From assembly GCA_973851085.1 (NCBI GenBank), contig OZ316775.1:16616001-16680000 (forward strand): a stretch of 64,000 bases of DNA, given 5' to 3'. The number at the start of each line of letters is the position of its first letter. The first letter of the stretch is position 1. The notes beneath the pieces were generated by a model. The model was not told the DNA's origin and did no database searches. It was given only the letters and a program-made list of their open reading frames with translations. The translations under genes were made by a program, and so were the position numbers. Origin of the DNA: Ptychomitrium polyphyllum (Eukaryota). Positions 13,942 to 26,601 of this stretch are shown in pieces.

Positions 13942-16185
13942 ATGGCGGAGGAGAATTCGAAGGGGAAGTCGCTCAAGCTGAAGAAGGAGTCGGGAGAGGG
14001 TTTGAAGTCTGCGGTGAAGAAGCCTGCAGCGGAGACGCCGGAGAGGAAGAAGAGGAACAGTAAGGAGGCGATGAAGTCTGGTACCAAGGAGTCTGTAAGG
14101 ACGAGCTTCGGGAACAACCTAGTGAAGGTGGGAAAGGAGTTTGCGAAGAGCAACGGGAGAGGGGAGGAGGGCAAGGGCTCGGTGAAAGAGGAAGCGAAGT
14201 CACCAGTGAAGGTGACGAGCAAGGGAGGGAAGGTGTCAGTTAAGGCGGAAGGGAATGGTAATGGCAAGGATGCAGGGAAAGTGAACGGGAAGGAACAGGG
14301 CAAGAGCGTCGGCAAGGTGAATGGGAAGGATTCAGGAGGGGTTAGGGGCTCCGTGAAGGCGAAAGAGGATGGCAAGGACCGGGGCGGAGAGAAAGCTAAA
14401 GGAAAAAGTTCTACCGTTAAGAGTTCTCCTGTCAGTACACCAGTGAAGCGGGGAAGTGCTACGAAAGCGTCGGCCAAATCAACCAAGGTCAGCTACTGTC
14501 CTGTGCAGATTTTCGTGTGAACAGCATGCCTGAGTATTGAGACAAGTTGAGTCTGGTTTTTATTTACCAGACTTTTCTTTTTGTGCATGAAATTGTTGCA
14601 GGATGAATCATCATTGCGTGTGAAGAAGGTGGTGCAAACTACCACAATTATCACAACTACTTATGCGGAAACGAAGAAGGAGAAGAAAGTGTACACTTTG
14701 CCAGGACAAAAACATGATCCTCCAGAAGAGGTACGCGCTGCATTTTTCCTACCCTTGTATTTCACCAGTCACCTTGTTTCTTGATTTGAACAGCAAGATA
14801 TTTTGTCACTGCTTCACCTTAATAATTCTTCTAGACATCACGGCTGTATTGCAAGCTGCTTCTTTAGAGAACTTTGACACCGCAGCTATATCCTGTTTTC
14901 AGGAATTAGGGTTTATATTCTATCCAGTTAAATATATGTCGGGAATCTTCATTCGAGGAATTGTTAAGGACGAGTGAAGACTTCCAGACGAAATTTGGTT
15001 GACAAGGGAAATTAGGGTTTACGGTTGAACAGTTTTTTTAGTAGATTATAAAGGGGGTTATAGAGCCAGATAATTGGAAATACTTTGTGGATCTTTTTTG
15101 TTAGCGCGGGTTGGATTTGAAAATTGTAAAATTTGTGAAATCTATCGAGGGCGGAAAGATTTTTGTATGCAGCTCTTAGTTGCGTTCTGCATCCCCGTGC
15201 TCTGTCCGGAATGGAGATCCATACTTTTGTATAGACTCTAGCTTTTGGAAGATTATGAAAGTTTAATAGCTAGAATCTATTTTTTAATCCGAGCATCTAG
15301 CACATTTGAATTGGGATGCAATGTTGTGGGCTGATCAAGAGAGCCACTGGAACTCTGCAAAAGCAGCTGCGACTTGATCTTTCATTTGTATCTGCGCATG
15401 TACAGACTTTACAAATCGACTCTGTAGTGCATAGAAGTTCTTAAAGCTTGTACGTGCTTTGTGATGCTGATATTGTGGTTGAGGTTTTCATGGTGGTCGT
15501 TCTTTGCAGAGAGACGCTTTGCGAATCTTTTACTCTACTCTTCGGGAGCAGAAGCCTGAAAGCGAGATGGCTGAATTCTGGTGTGTCAATCTTATCATTC
15601 CTAATGTTTACTTCTTTGCAATGCCCAAAGTTCTTGCGGTTAACTAGTATCCTTGCGAGGTTATTAGGTGACGAATAGCCTGTTTCAACTCTTACCTTTT
15701 CAGCGACAAGGTTCAATATCAAGCTGAACGATTATTGATGGTGTGAGATATTTTTCCAGCTTGTAGGACTTCAGTGTTTTTTCTTATGGGTATTCCTTGG
15801 AATATTTGTGACAATTTCTCAGATATTTCAGCATTTGGATTGTAGGTTGATGGAATATGGATTGCTCCCTCACGACGAGGCAGAGAAGGCGCTTGAGCGC
15901 AAGCAGAAGCTTCGGGGGCTACCTGTAAAGAGTAGCACAGTAACCAAGTCTTCCACTCCTTCGCGAGCATCTAATGGATCCTTAGCAGTGAAGAAATCTA
16001 CTCCTGTATCCAACGGTAAGGGCAAAGGGGTCCGCAGTTCGTCAAAGGGGAAGAAAAAAAGGGATGAAACAGATAGTGACGATGACTACCTCGAAAAAGC
16101 TGCAACAAAGAAAAAGCTGAAAGCAGAGAGTGATAGTGATGACGATTTTCTCCAAGCTCTACCTAAGAAAAAGTTGAAAAAGTAG
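13942..16185 (+). CDS. Lys/Gly/Ser-rich conserved protein of unknown function (about 361 aa), exons 13942-14487, 14602-14730, 15510-15580, 15846-16185
   Basis: Splicing yields the conserved core KKVYTLPGQKHDPPEERDALRIFYSTLREQKPESEMAEFWLMEYGLL seen in plant uncharacterised proteins. It is flanked by low-complexity basic regions and acidic DSDDD/NLS-like repeats. Confidence 0.85.
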
Positions 16186-17000
16186 AGCGAAAGTTGGTGT
16201 ATCCCCTCAAACCTTTTTATTTTTCCCTTGGCCTGGTCCGATCTGTTGTTTGCTTTGTTTGAGTGTAACTACCCTGCTTAGAGAATATGAAGCTTGGCAG
16301 CTTACTCTAGTATGCGTCATATTAGCGAGAATTTTTTCAGGGTAGAAGTCAGCCTGCAGGTTTGGTTTTCAGACCAACATTTGGAATGTCAGGACAAATG
16401 AACTTAGAAGTGCTCATGAGATGCAATCAAGCACACACTAATTTAAGGAATTTTCCCAGTAGGACGAAGCTGAAGCATTGTAAATTGTATATTGAAAGAG
16501 ATTTTTATGCAGGATTGTGGATTTGAGACCTCGCAGACACACTTGTACATTTTGCTGATTTAATTGGTTCTTAGATTTGTAATTCCAACATGACTAACAC
16601 ATCTTTCCTGGTTAACATCATCTATCTAATATAGAAACTAAGTACGAAGCTCTCATGATTGGGAAGCCAATCCTATTAACAGTAGACTATTACTCAGTTG
16701 ATAAACAGTAAAGAGAAACATTTGCACACCAGAAGCAAAGACTGGGCTGTGAAAGAATTCACTGGAGAGACTTGAAGCAAAGAAGTATGACCAAGAGTTT
16801 AGATCGATAACCGCCTCACTGTTACTACCTCTATACCATGGTATCCGTGAAGTTTCTTAGAAGCTCATTAAAAGAATTGAACTTTGTTCCCTAGCCAGTT
16901 CGTGCACTTAGAATATTTAGAAGGGAGTCCTTTGGAACGTCAAGCATTTGAAAATGAAGATGAGATTGAGGAAGCTCGGTCTAGGAACTCGAGCCGTCGT

Positions 17001-17513
17001 ATGGAGGCAGTCTAGGTTGACCCCATCGCTCTCCTTGTGAAAGAGCTGACCACCACTTTTAAGGTGTTCGACAAGGATGGTGATGGCAGAAATCCGAGCT
17101 TGGAGTTGTGCTTCGTTCACTTGGTGACGACATGAGCGACGATGAGCTCGATGAGGTGATTGTGAAGGTGGACGGTGATGGCGATGGCTTCATCGACCTT
17201 CATGAGTTCATTGGCTTCCATACTGGCAGGACTGGTTCGGGGGACGACTCTGTTTCCCGGACATCGAGCAAGAGTAGAGATGGAGCGAGCAGCGAAGAGA
17301 AGTTCGCGTTGCAGGCCGCATTTGATGTATTTGATGTTGACAAGAACGGCTTTATTTCTGCTGAGGAGCTTCAGAGAGTGCTCTGGAGTCTCTGACAAGA
17401 AGACCTCGTTGGCTGAATGCCGGCACATGATCAATTGCGTGGGTAAGGACGGTGATCACATGGTTGATTTCAAAGAATTCCAATGCTTGATGTCTGGTAC
17501 ATTTATTTGCTGA
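17001..17513 (+). pseudogene. Calmodulin-like (4 EF-hand, CML) intronless pseudogene
   Basis: EF-hands FKVFDKDGDG, VDGDGDGFIDLHEF, FDVFDVDKNGFISAEEL and KDGDHMVDFKEF are separated by frameshifts near 17090 and 17393. There is also an in-frame TAG near the 5' end. The exact start is uncertain. Confidence 0.85.
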
Positions 17514-19483
17514 CAGGAACAAAGACAGTGGACGAGTTGTGGATGACTGGAATTATTAAATGCTTCCTAGCGATTGGAGGTGTCCACTCCTCTAAATTAG
17601 GGTTTCCGTAAGCATTCGAGCTAGAAAAGCTGTGAGTGAACACACACTGTGAGGAAGCCATGAATGTTCGAAGCGAACAGCGCTGTTACGATGTCACAGC
17701 TTGTAGGATATTTCAAAGCCTGGTGGGGAGAATTTTTCTGAAAACACAGGCATTGTAAAACAGGATAGTGTACTGGCACTCTTTGGAGTGATTGTTACTT
17801 GGATGTAACTGCATTGAGCTACTCTCATGTGTAAAACCAGAGATTTCTCAAGTCGTACAAGTGTTTCTGCTCTTGAGTTTCCAGATTGGCAATCTCTTTC
17901 TCCTGCAAGTTCAATGTATATTTCATCTAGAAATGGCTTCTATATGAGGTTATCTAGAAATGCATACTTCATTTAGATATGCTAATTAGACAGTTCCAGA
18001 ATAGCCATTTCACCTCAATTGTGACTCTTGCCTGTGATGGATGATATAGATTTTAGCACTCAAGCACAGTTACGTACTTAGACGTTGGAAAAACAAGTCA
18101 CTTACAAGCACACTGAAACAATACATCAGGTTTCAGCTTCAATTTACATCAAGTACAACGACGCTCTAACCCCAAGATTATCTAGCAGAATTTGAGAATG
18201 AGGAAACCAATCGAGCAGCAAGACAGTCTTTTAAACCCTGCAATTTGAAGAAACCGGCTTCATATTGCTGTCTCTCCAAGTGTGTGCTATATTGTACTGG
18301 ACAATCTTTTCTAGAAATCAAGCTAATATTGATAGGAAAAGTCATTTCGTAACTTCAGGTGCACTGGAGGCCATTCAGATTATCAATCATAGCTCTACAC
18401 TCAGCTGCACTGGGCATGACAATCTTTCAAAAAAATGGTCAATCTTTTGCAGACCATAGAAAGATCTGTATTATCAGAACTATGGCGCTGTCATAGCCAT
18501 TCTGCAATCACATGTACTCTGGTCTAGCATTGGAATCTTAGTTACGTTGACGCAAGTCTTGTCAGGCTAAGAGCTATTTTCAGAGTCTTAGAACAAGTGA
18601 CATGAACAGTCTCTTGATATGCAGCTCCATTGTCGACGTTTTCCAAATTCTTACTAGCAGCATTCGTTAGCGTTGTGATTGAGTTCATGCGAAGGTAGTC
18701 CAGAGTCTCAAGGACTAGACAGCTCGAGTGGCGGAAGAGAAGAACTCAAACCTGGAGATGTTGTCGTCTTCGTGCTCGTGAGAATCTCCTACTTCCGATT
18801 CACACTTTTCGGTGAAGATGACAACATAAGCAATCCTAACCTAGAGCGTTCCACAACGAGGAGGCGTTTTTTTGAGTAGGCGTACCATCCATGTCTTCAG
18901 AACGAAGTAGCTCAGTTGCCAATTCGAGCCATTATCGAGCAGGTCGCTGAACCTATTTTTCAAGTAGAGAAGCTGCAAATCGCCGGAGATCATATTGAAG
19001 CTCTACTCCGAAAATTTGCCACTCAATACGGTTTCTTAATCGTTTCTAGTCACCAGCTACTAAGAGTGAAGACGGCATCGACTAAGGAACAAAGCGGCAA
19101 CTCGCAACAATCCTGCACAGGACAAATTTGCCGTTCGAGATGGTCGATCCATTTGGCTTCAATTTCAACCCCAGAAGGAGGGCGACCACAGCAGTCGAAA
19201 GACAGAGCGCAAAGGATGCGGTAATGGAGCATGCCAACTCACTAATTGGAATCCATTTCATGTCTGATGTCGGAAGTGCAAGTCTACCAATATTTTCTTC
19301 CAGTAAACAATCCGATCTTGTGTGAGTTCATGCCCTGCTTTGAGAAATTTTGTAGCAGTTCCAGGCATTGTTTATCTGCGGGGATATAAGCCACAATAAA
19401 TTGGGTCAAACGATCTGCTAATGAACATGCATGCGCAGGTGCTACTCGATAGCTATGTGAGGGAATGCAGCTTTCCATCAAGA

Positions 19484-19503
19484 GGAACCTTCTAGAAGCT
19501 TCT
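19484..19503. promoter_or_regulatory. Perfect 4-pentamer heat shock element (gGAAc cTTCt aGAAg cTTCt)
   Basis: Matches the alternating nGAAn consensus; target gene unknown. Confidence 0.55.
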
Positions 19504-20763
19504 CGACGGTGATTAAAATTCATGGAAGATGTACAGTGTGAAGAACAGTCGAGGCGACGTCATCTTGCATTGCAAATTCTGAGCCTTTGTTTCAACGCAC
19601 CATTTTCTCGAGGAGGGAGACGTGTGTATTTGAGTTTAAGGCGGATGAAGCACTAAGTTTCGCCATTGTCGTCCACATCGTCCGCATCGCAACGATCTCT
19701 GTGGTTGACAGAGTTACCTCTATGCACGCTCACTATGACAGGCGGAAAATTGCGTGAGCACCTGCGTATCCGCCAAAATCGCCCATTCGGTACCAGGTAA
19801 GGATTGTGGCATGTTCTGCAGCTTCAGATTGTGGTGATATGGTTGTAACTGAACATATTTTATGAATGTCAAATCTAAAGGTTTTGGACTAGGAGTAAAA
19901 AGCAGCTTTGGTACTCTCACGCAGAAGTTAAGAATATGAAATCCATTGAGAAGAAAGTCACAACTAAATCTGTACTCATTAGGACGTTTGGCAGTGCAGG
20001 GAGTGACGAACTTTACGAACACAACCACTTCCAGCGATGCAGAACTCTTGACATGCTTCCACGACGACAATTTGATCCAGACACTTCGACACCTGGTGAT
20101 TTTGTTTAAGAACTGTGAGTTTGCAATATCTTTGCACAACACCGATTTCAATAATAATAATTTCAATATTACGTATTGCCAGGTCGTCTACACATCTTCC
20201 TGCTGGGCGAGAATAAAGAGATTATTCTGACAATGCCATTACAAGACCCGAAGGTTTAAGTGATCGAAATAACTTAGAGCGTCATACATCCGTCATGAGT
20301 TATGCATTGATCCTTTCAACTTGTAAGGTTGAGTTCTTTCAACTGAGGCTGAGAATTGCAATTCTACTTGTGTCAATACATAGAAGTGCAATACATAGAA
20401 GACGACAAAATCAGTGGTAACATACAAATTAGGACTCAAACAGAAGACAGCGGCTCCAAGAAGTCTCACATGCACAGTTCACTAAGATAGACTCTTGAAG
20501 AAAGAACATCCTTAAGTGCAGAAAACTCAAATGGGAATAATATTAACAACTCATATCTGCTTTACAAAACTGATGCAAAACATCCTCGAACTGTACATCC
20601 AATCAAAAATCATCTCTAAATATTCTTGATATGTATGCAACGCCTTCGTCTCAAAACTAAACTCTACAGCATCATGCCTTTCACGTGAGTTCACATCCTC
20701 CCAGGAACTCTCCAGGCATAAGCGTCCCAGCTTCTCATAGCAGTTGGAAGCAAACCCTGTAAT

Positions 20764-22719
20764 TTAGTCCACCTCTTCAATCTTAGGTCCTTCTCCACTA
20801 GCACCACCGCTTGCCCCGTCATAGCCACCGGCCGACTGTGGACCTGCACCAGCTCCTCCTGCACCTTGGTACATGCGCGAAATGATGGGATTGCAGATGC
20901 CCTCCAACTCCTTCTGCTTGTCTTCAAACTCGTCAACCTCGGCCAATTGGTTGTTGTCCAACCACGTTATGGTTTCGCTCACGGCCTTCTCGATTTGCTG
21001 CTTGTCCTCATTGCTTAGCTGACCCGCAATCTTCTCATCCTTAATGGTGTTCCTCAGGTTGTAGGTGTAGTTTTCTAGTCCATTCTTCGCTTCTACCTTT
21101 TTCTTTACCTCTTCATCTTCATTCTTGTACCTCTCTCCATCTTGCACCATCTTATCAATCTCCTCCTTGGTCAGCCTACCCTTGTCATTCGTGATTGTAA
21201 TCTTGTTCCTGACACCGGCTGTCTTGTCCTCGGCAGAGACGTTCAAGATACCGTTGGCATCGATGTCAAAGCAAACGTTAACTTGTGGTACACCCCTGGG
21301 AGCAGGTGGAATACCAGCGAGCTCAAACTTGCCTAATAAGTTGTTGTCCCTAGTTCTAGCTCTCTCTCCTTCGTATACCTGAATGAGGACCCCTGGCTGA
21401 TTATCAGCATACGTCGAGAATATCTGCTCCCTTTTCGTAGGAATTGTAGTATTTCTTGGAATCAGAGTAGTCATAACACCACCAGCGGTCTCAAGCCCAA
21501 GGCTAAGAGGAGTAACATCCAGCAACAACAAGTCCTGAACCTTCTGATTACCCTCGCCACTAAGAATGGCAGCTTGAACTGCTGCACCATAAGCAACTGC
21601 CTCATCGGGGTTAATGCTCTTGCAGAGCTCTTTCCCGTTAAAGAAATCTTGCAGAAGAGTCTGCACTTTCGGAATCCGGGTGGACCCACCGACCAGAACA
21701 ACCTCGTTCACCTGACCCTTGTCCATCTTCGCGTCCCGCAAACACTTCTCAACAGGCTCCATGCACTTGCGGAAGAGGTCCATGTTCAACTCTTCGAACC
21801 TTGCTCTCGTGATGGTCGTGTAAAAGTCTACACCTTCGTATAGCGAATCAATCTCGATGGTTGTTTGCGCAGTTGATGACAGCGTCCTCTTCGCCCGCTC
21901 CGCGGATGTACGTAAACGTCGAAGCGCTCTGGCATTCCCAGTGATATCCTTCTTGTACTTCCTCTTGAACTCCTGAACGAAGTGGTTCACAAGCCGATTG
22001 TCAAAATCCTCCCCACCAAGATGCGTGTCTCCAGCCGTGGCCTTCACTTCAAATATTCCCTCTTCAATGGTCAACAATGACACATCAAAGGTTCCACCAC
22101 CGAGATCAAAAATAAGGATATTTTTCTCGCCCGTTGAAGCTCCCTTCTTATCCAACCCGTACGCAATTGCCGCGGCCGTGGGCTCATTGATGATTCGCAG
22201 GATGTTTAGACCAGAGATTGCACCCGCATCCTTCGTCGCCTGCCGTTGTGAGTCGTTGAAATAGGCCGGCACTGTGATAACAGCGTTCTTCACAGTCTTC
22301 CCAAGGAACGCTTCCGCAACTTCCTTCATCTTCACCAAGACCATGGATGAAATCTCCTCCGCAGCGAACTGCTTCACCTCCCCCTTATACGTCACGTTAA
22401 TGATCGGTTTGTTTCCGGGTCCGGCAGTGACCTTAAACGGCCACAACTTCATGTCACTCTGCACAGACGGATCGTCAAACCGCCTCCCAATCAACCGCTT
22501 CGCATCAAAAACTGTGTTGGTCGGGTTCATCGCCACTTGATTCTTGGCCGCATCGCCGATCAACCTCTCCGTGTCCGTGAACGCAACATACGATGGCGTA
22601 GTGCGGTTCCCCTGGTCATTCGCAACAATTTCCACCCGATCATGCTGCCACACTCCCACGCAGCTGTACGTCGTCCCCAAATCTATTCCGATCGCAGGCC
22701 CCTCGCTCTTCCCAGCCAT
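20764..22719 (-). CDS. HSP70: Cytosolic heat shock protein 70, 651 aa, intronless
   Basis: [23 protein letters not shown] and [11 protein letters not shown] signatures; C-terminal GPKIEEVD. Confidence 0.99.
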   Translation of the reverse strand: MAGKSEGPAIGIDLGTTYSCVGVWQHDRVEIVANDQGNRTTPSYVAFTDTERLIGDAAKNQVAMNPTNTVFDAKRLIGRRFDDPSVQSDMKLWPFKVTAGPGNKPIINVTYKGEVKQFAAEEISSMVLVKMKEVAEAFLGKTVKNAVITVPAYFNDSQRQATKDAGAISGLNILRIINEPTAAAIAYGLDKKGASTGEKNILIFDLGGGTFDVSLLTIEEGIFEVKATAGDTHLGGEDFDNRLVNHFVQEFKRKYKKDITGNARALRRLRTSAERAKRTLSSTAQTTIEIDSLYEGVDFYTTITRARFEELNMDLFRKCMEPVEKCLRDAKMDKGQVNEVVLVGGSTRIPKVQTLLQDFFNGKELCKSINPDEAVAYGAAVQAAILSGEGNQKVQDLLLLDVTPLSLGLETAGGVMTTLIPRNTTIPTKREQIFSTYADNQPGVLIQVYEGERARTRDNNLLGKFELAGIPPAPRGVPQVNVCFDIDANGILNVSAEDKTAGVRNKITITNDKGRLTKEEIDKMVQDGERYKNEDEEVKKKVEAKNGLENYTYNLRNTIKDEKIAGQLSNEDKQQIEKAVSETITWLDNNQLAEVDEFEDKQKELEGICNPIISRMYQGAGGAGAGPQSAGGYDGASGGASGEGPKIEEVD

Positions 22720-22957
22720 CGCTACAAAAATCCCTCCTCTCTAGCACAAACTCCACAGCAACCCTCACAACCTCTCAATCGCTCCAACGACAAGCCTCAC
22801 AGCTGAATTCCAACACTTCAAATCCTAATCACGGTTCTCCTCGATCGCAATATCTAGTATCTCTATACAAGCACTCAGAGCTCAATTGTGTGAATCCCGC
22901 AGCTGGATCGATGAAATCTAGAATCCAAATTGGAGACACAGCGTAGTGCGATCGACG

Positions 22958-22964
22958 TTATATA
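22958..22964 (-). promoter_or_regulatory. Candidate TATA box of HSP70 (TATATAA on minus strand)
   Basis: About 240 nt upstream of the ATG, with degenerate HSE-like sequence at about 22980-23035. Confidence 0.45.
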
Positions 22965-23449
22965 CGAGTACAAGCATGCGAGAGAAGCCTCCGCTCGCAG
23001 TCTCTCGAGGGTTCGCCAGGCCTCTCGAAGTCTCCACATCCATCCAGGCTCTTCCACGAAGCGCCTGGACCCATCTACGCGTCTCGGTCATCGGGTCCAC
23101 GAAGCCTGTGGAATCACAAAGCATTCCTAGATGTGAACATCTGTAGCGAAACACCAGCATGCAAACAGTGTTCTACTAATTCCGAATCGTTGATGAATAT
23201 CGTTTGCTAAATTGAGAAATCATCCCATATTTCCGTCCGTACTGTTCGTCAGTTCGTTTTTTGTCCATGTTTTCGTTGGGTTTCGTTCGTCCTAGGTGAC
23301 AGGAGAGCAAGTTTATCCAGACAAGTATGTAGGCTATGTGTGTGTGTGTGTACGTGACGGGCAGCGTGGTGATGCAGCGCGCGATGATGGAGCGGTGGTG
23401 TGCGAGGGGCGCCAGGCATTTTGTGCAGGTTTGAGGATTTCGAACTCTC

Positions 23450-23494
23450 TGAAAGTTCTGGAAGGTTCTGGAAGGTTCTGGAAGGTTCTGGAAT
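23450..23494. promoter_or_regulatory. Heat shock element array of 9 consecutive perfect pentamers
   Basis: tGAAa gTTCt gGAAg gTTCt gGAAg gTTCt gGAAg gTTCt gGAAt, about 730 bp upstream of the HSP70 ATG. Confidence 0.85.
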
Positions 23495-24124
23495 TTTGTA
23501 GGTTTTCTGGAGGTTGCTAGGCTTGGCTGTCTCTCTCTCTCCGCGTGCTTGGAGGCGTGGAGAGGGAGAGGGAGCCGTGCAAAGTGCTTTGAGGAGTTTT
23601 TCGAGGAAGTGTTGAGATAGGATGATATAGAACAGAGAATAAGCTTAGCACTGTTTAATTTCTAAAGTTAAAAGCTTATCTCTAGATATGAGAATGATTA
23701 GATATTCTCTGGATGAGTTTTTGGAATTTTTAAGAACATGCGAAAACTTGAACGGAGAGCTAGATTTTCGTAGTAGTTAGCATAAGAATGAGCTTTCTAC
23801 TACATTTCGTTGGAATTTGGTAGAACTAAAGGTGCTCGCTGTTTGCATGCGTTTGTTGTCAACTATTTTAGAAATAATTGAGTTGACGACGATGTTGAGT
23901 CGAGCACCTTCCTGAGTCGAGCTTTGAATTTCGGGCAGTGTTAGCTTGACGAGGACCGCTTTGTTCTGAACAAGTGCAGTTTTAAAGAGATCAATAATCT
24001 CGTCTTCTCTGGTTTCTTCCAGTTGTGAGGACAGTTGCATAGGCATTTGGAGGTATTTGGTTATGGTTGTTTGGGAGTTGTGATAGTATAATCTCATGAA
24101 TTTTGCCCAGATGTTTTCGGATTT

Positions 24125-25056
24125 ATGACAACGAGCGTATGTCTGCTGCTATGCCATCCCATTTCTTATTATACCCCGATGTTTTGATTTCTTTACCAGT
24201 TACATGCTCCTTTGTTTTCAGGTGCTAGGGTTGTGTGTATCAATTTGGCTCATCGTTGGAGTGGCTGCATCAGCGAATGCGAATCCAATTCCCAAGCCAT
24301 GGCCACTGCAGTTCCATGCCCAAATGTATCAAAATCGGACTGGTGTGCTCTCCATAATTGACTTGTGGTACGACTATCCAAATGGACGGAACCTCAATCT
24401 CATTCAGAAACAACTTGGGTCTGTGACTCATGACGTGGAGTATACGAATGGCACCTCCTATTATTATGATCTCAAAGCAGGTACTTGCAGAGAGATACAT
24501 TTTTCAGTTGGAATACTTCGGCCGGATTGGTTGAATGATGCAACTTACGTTGGTGTCCAAGAAATCGACGGTTTTAAATGCAATGTGTGGGAAAAAGTTG
24601 AGTTCATTCGATACTATGAAGATACTGAATCCCGAAGGCCAGTTTCTTGGTATTTTTTTACAAGTGGTGAGCTCTCGTCTTTCGCTATGAAGGCTTTTTG
24701 GTAATGCCTTGCAGTGATTGAAGGGCATGTATTGTTATCAGTGTGTAGTATTTCTTTCTTTTTCATTTGTATGCTGTTCATGATGGTTTGCAAAGATTTG
24801 GACATGGAGATGAACACCTCCTATGAATGTGTTTGCAGGAATGGATCTTCACATCATGACATTTGAGGAAGGAAACGTACTCGACGATCAAAATTGGCAA
24901 GCACCGCCGTCGTGCTTTCAGAAGACCACTGTATCTGCTAGTCAGAGTACATTGACAGCAAGTAAGAATGACGATCGAACGAGAAAGGGCTTACTCTCAA
25001 CAGCTTCATTAGAAGGTCGCAAGGATCGTTTACAAAAAGCGCATGTCACGTTGTAA
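24125..25056 (+). CDS. Secreted uncharacterised protein of the At4g14100 family; exons 24125-24136 (uncertain), 24222-24666, 24839-25056
   Basis: Signal-peptide-like N-terminus followed by PKPWPLQFHA, LWYDYPNGRN, NGTSYYY, VGILRPDWL, CNVWEK, YYED and WQAPPSCF motifs. The start could instead be the in-frame ATG at 24204. Confidence 0.85.
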
Positions 25057-26601
25057 TTTAAAATGTGACTACACTTCCTAGTCAAGACCTTGAACAGACA
25101 TATGTAGCTTACACTTCCGTAACCGAATCTGAAAATTGAGTTGCAACTATCGAACAACTGTCAGTTAACCCTGTATCTTCTGTGCATGAGTTTTTTTTTG
25201 GTTAAAAAACAAACGTATTTTCACTCTTATGTTATAAGGGAAGAAAAGTCAAGTAGGTATATCTCAACCGTGGCTCTAAACATAACATTTTCCCTCACCT
25301 AAAGGTACAATTCCATTATCAAAATCTTCATATGCCTACTCACAAAACTAGATTCAATACTTCATGCGTTCACTGCCATATGTCCTCAGTTTTCAACTTT
25401 CAATAAGAAGGGGCTGCTTAAGCTCTTAAACAACCTATTTCATATCAAGTATTTCATATACATTACTCACATCGTATGTTAGTCACATTCATGACTAACT
25501 ATTTTAAATTCTATAATATTGGACTTACCATAAACGGGTATTCTCCGAATTACACTTTCCCCTTTACGGCTATATTCGTCTTTTATCACCTTTTAGACTT
25601 AATTATCGATGAATTTGATTTGATAAGTACTGGAATTTCATCAATCTCTCATGAATGGTACAATTTTATCGTGTAAAAAATTCATCAGCAAACCGGCAGT
25701 TCCCCTTGAATAGACCTCGAATAGAGTAGCTGAGTCCCCAAGTATCCCACTTTTCAACAATCATTGCTCATCACATAATGTCCAACATTCACAACATTTT
25801 TACATAATGTCCACATAGTAAGTTTTAAAGCGTGCTTTCAAACCTATTTGCTTGTGAGTAGGATTCGTTTACGAAGAAGGCGAGCTTTAGTAAGACTAGG
25901 CATGTTCGATTGTCTTCAAGTTACAATGGTCCATGACACTACCTTGCGAGTGACCCACAACGCCTGCCAGACAACGCTATGGAACTTCACCGTGAGCAGT
26001 TCCAAAACATCATACTATATCGCTACTTCGGCAACATCATCATAAAACAACAACTCACATTGCTAACCACTACATCTAAAATGGTCCAATACGAAGAGTC
26101 GGCATGATTGACTTCAAAATCGGTGAACCCATGTGCGTATAAATCGTCCAAATACCAGACACAACAGGTCTAGGCGCATCTTCGCATGCCACGGGTCCAG
26201 AAAAGCTTGAATTAAGAGATGTCTTTTCCTCGCCAATTCATTTTACAATAAAACATCTCTTCGCGCGCGAGCTCGATTCGACGTTGAGCTATAAGCAAAC
26301 ACGTTGTAACCCTCCGTACAGCATATCTTCAACAACTTACCACAAGTTATACCCATAAAACATGGGATGAAGGAAAATCGACATTCCTTAGGATTGACGA
26401 TTTGCAACCAAAGCAATGCTACGATAGAACTGCAACTCAGAAGAGTTGCTCCACGACATAAAAAACAGACCTCAAATTCACATCACGCTCCAATCTGACG
26501 CTTCCAGATAGCGTCCGAGACAGTACAACTTGGTCGAAATCATGTATTCATGAAGTAGAGATACAGTTAGGTTCGCCCACAGTACATCTACGAGGAAGAA
26601 T

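Noticed and set aside
13905..14486. 193-aa minus-strand Phe/Pro/Leu-rich ORF
   Set aside because: Antisense of the Lys/Gly/Glu-rich exon 1
21125..22806. Several plus-strand ORFs over HSP70
   Set aside because: Antisense shadows of a codon-biased coding sequence
25900..26050. Possible C/D snoRNA (ATGATGA on minus strand) downstream of RPL21
   Set aside because: No D box (CTGA) or terminal stem at a suitable distance
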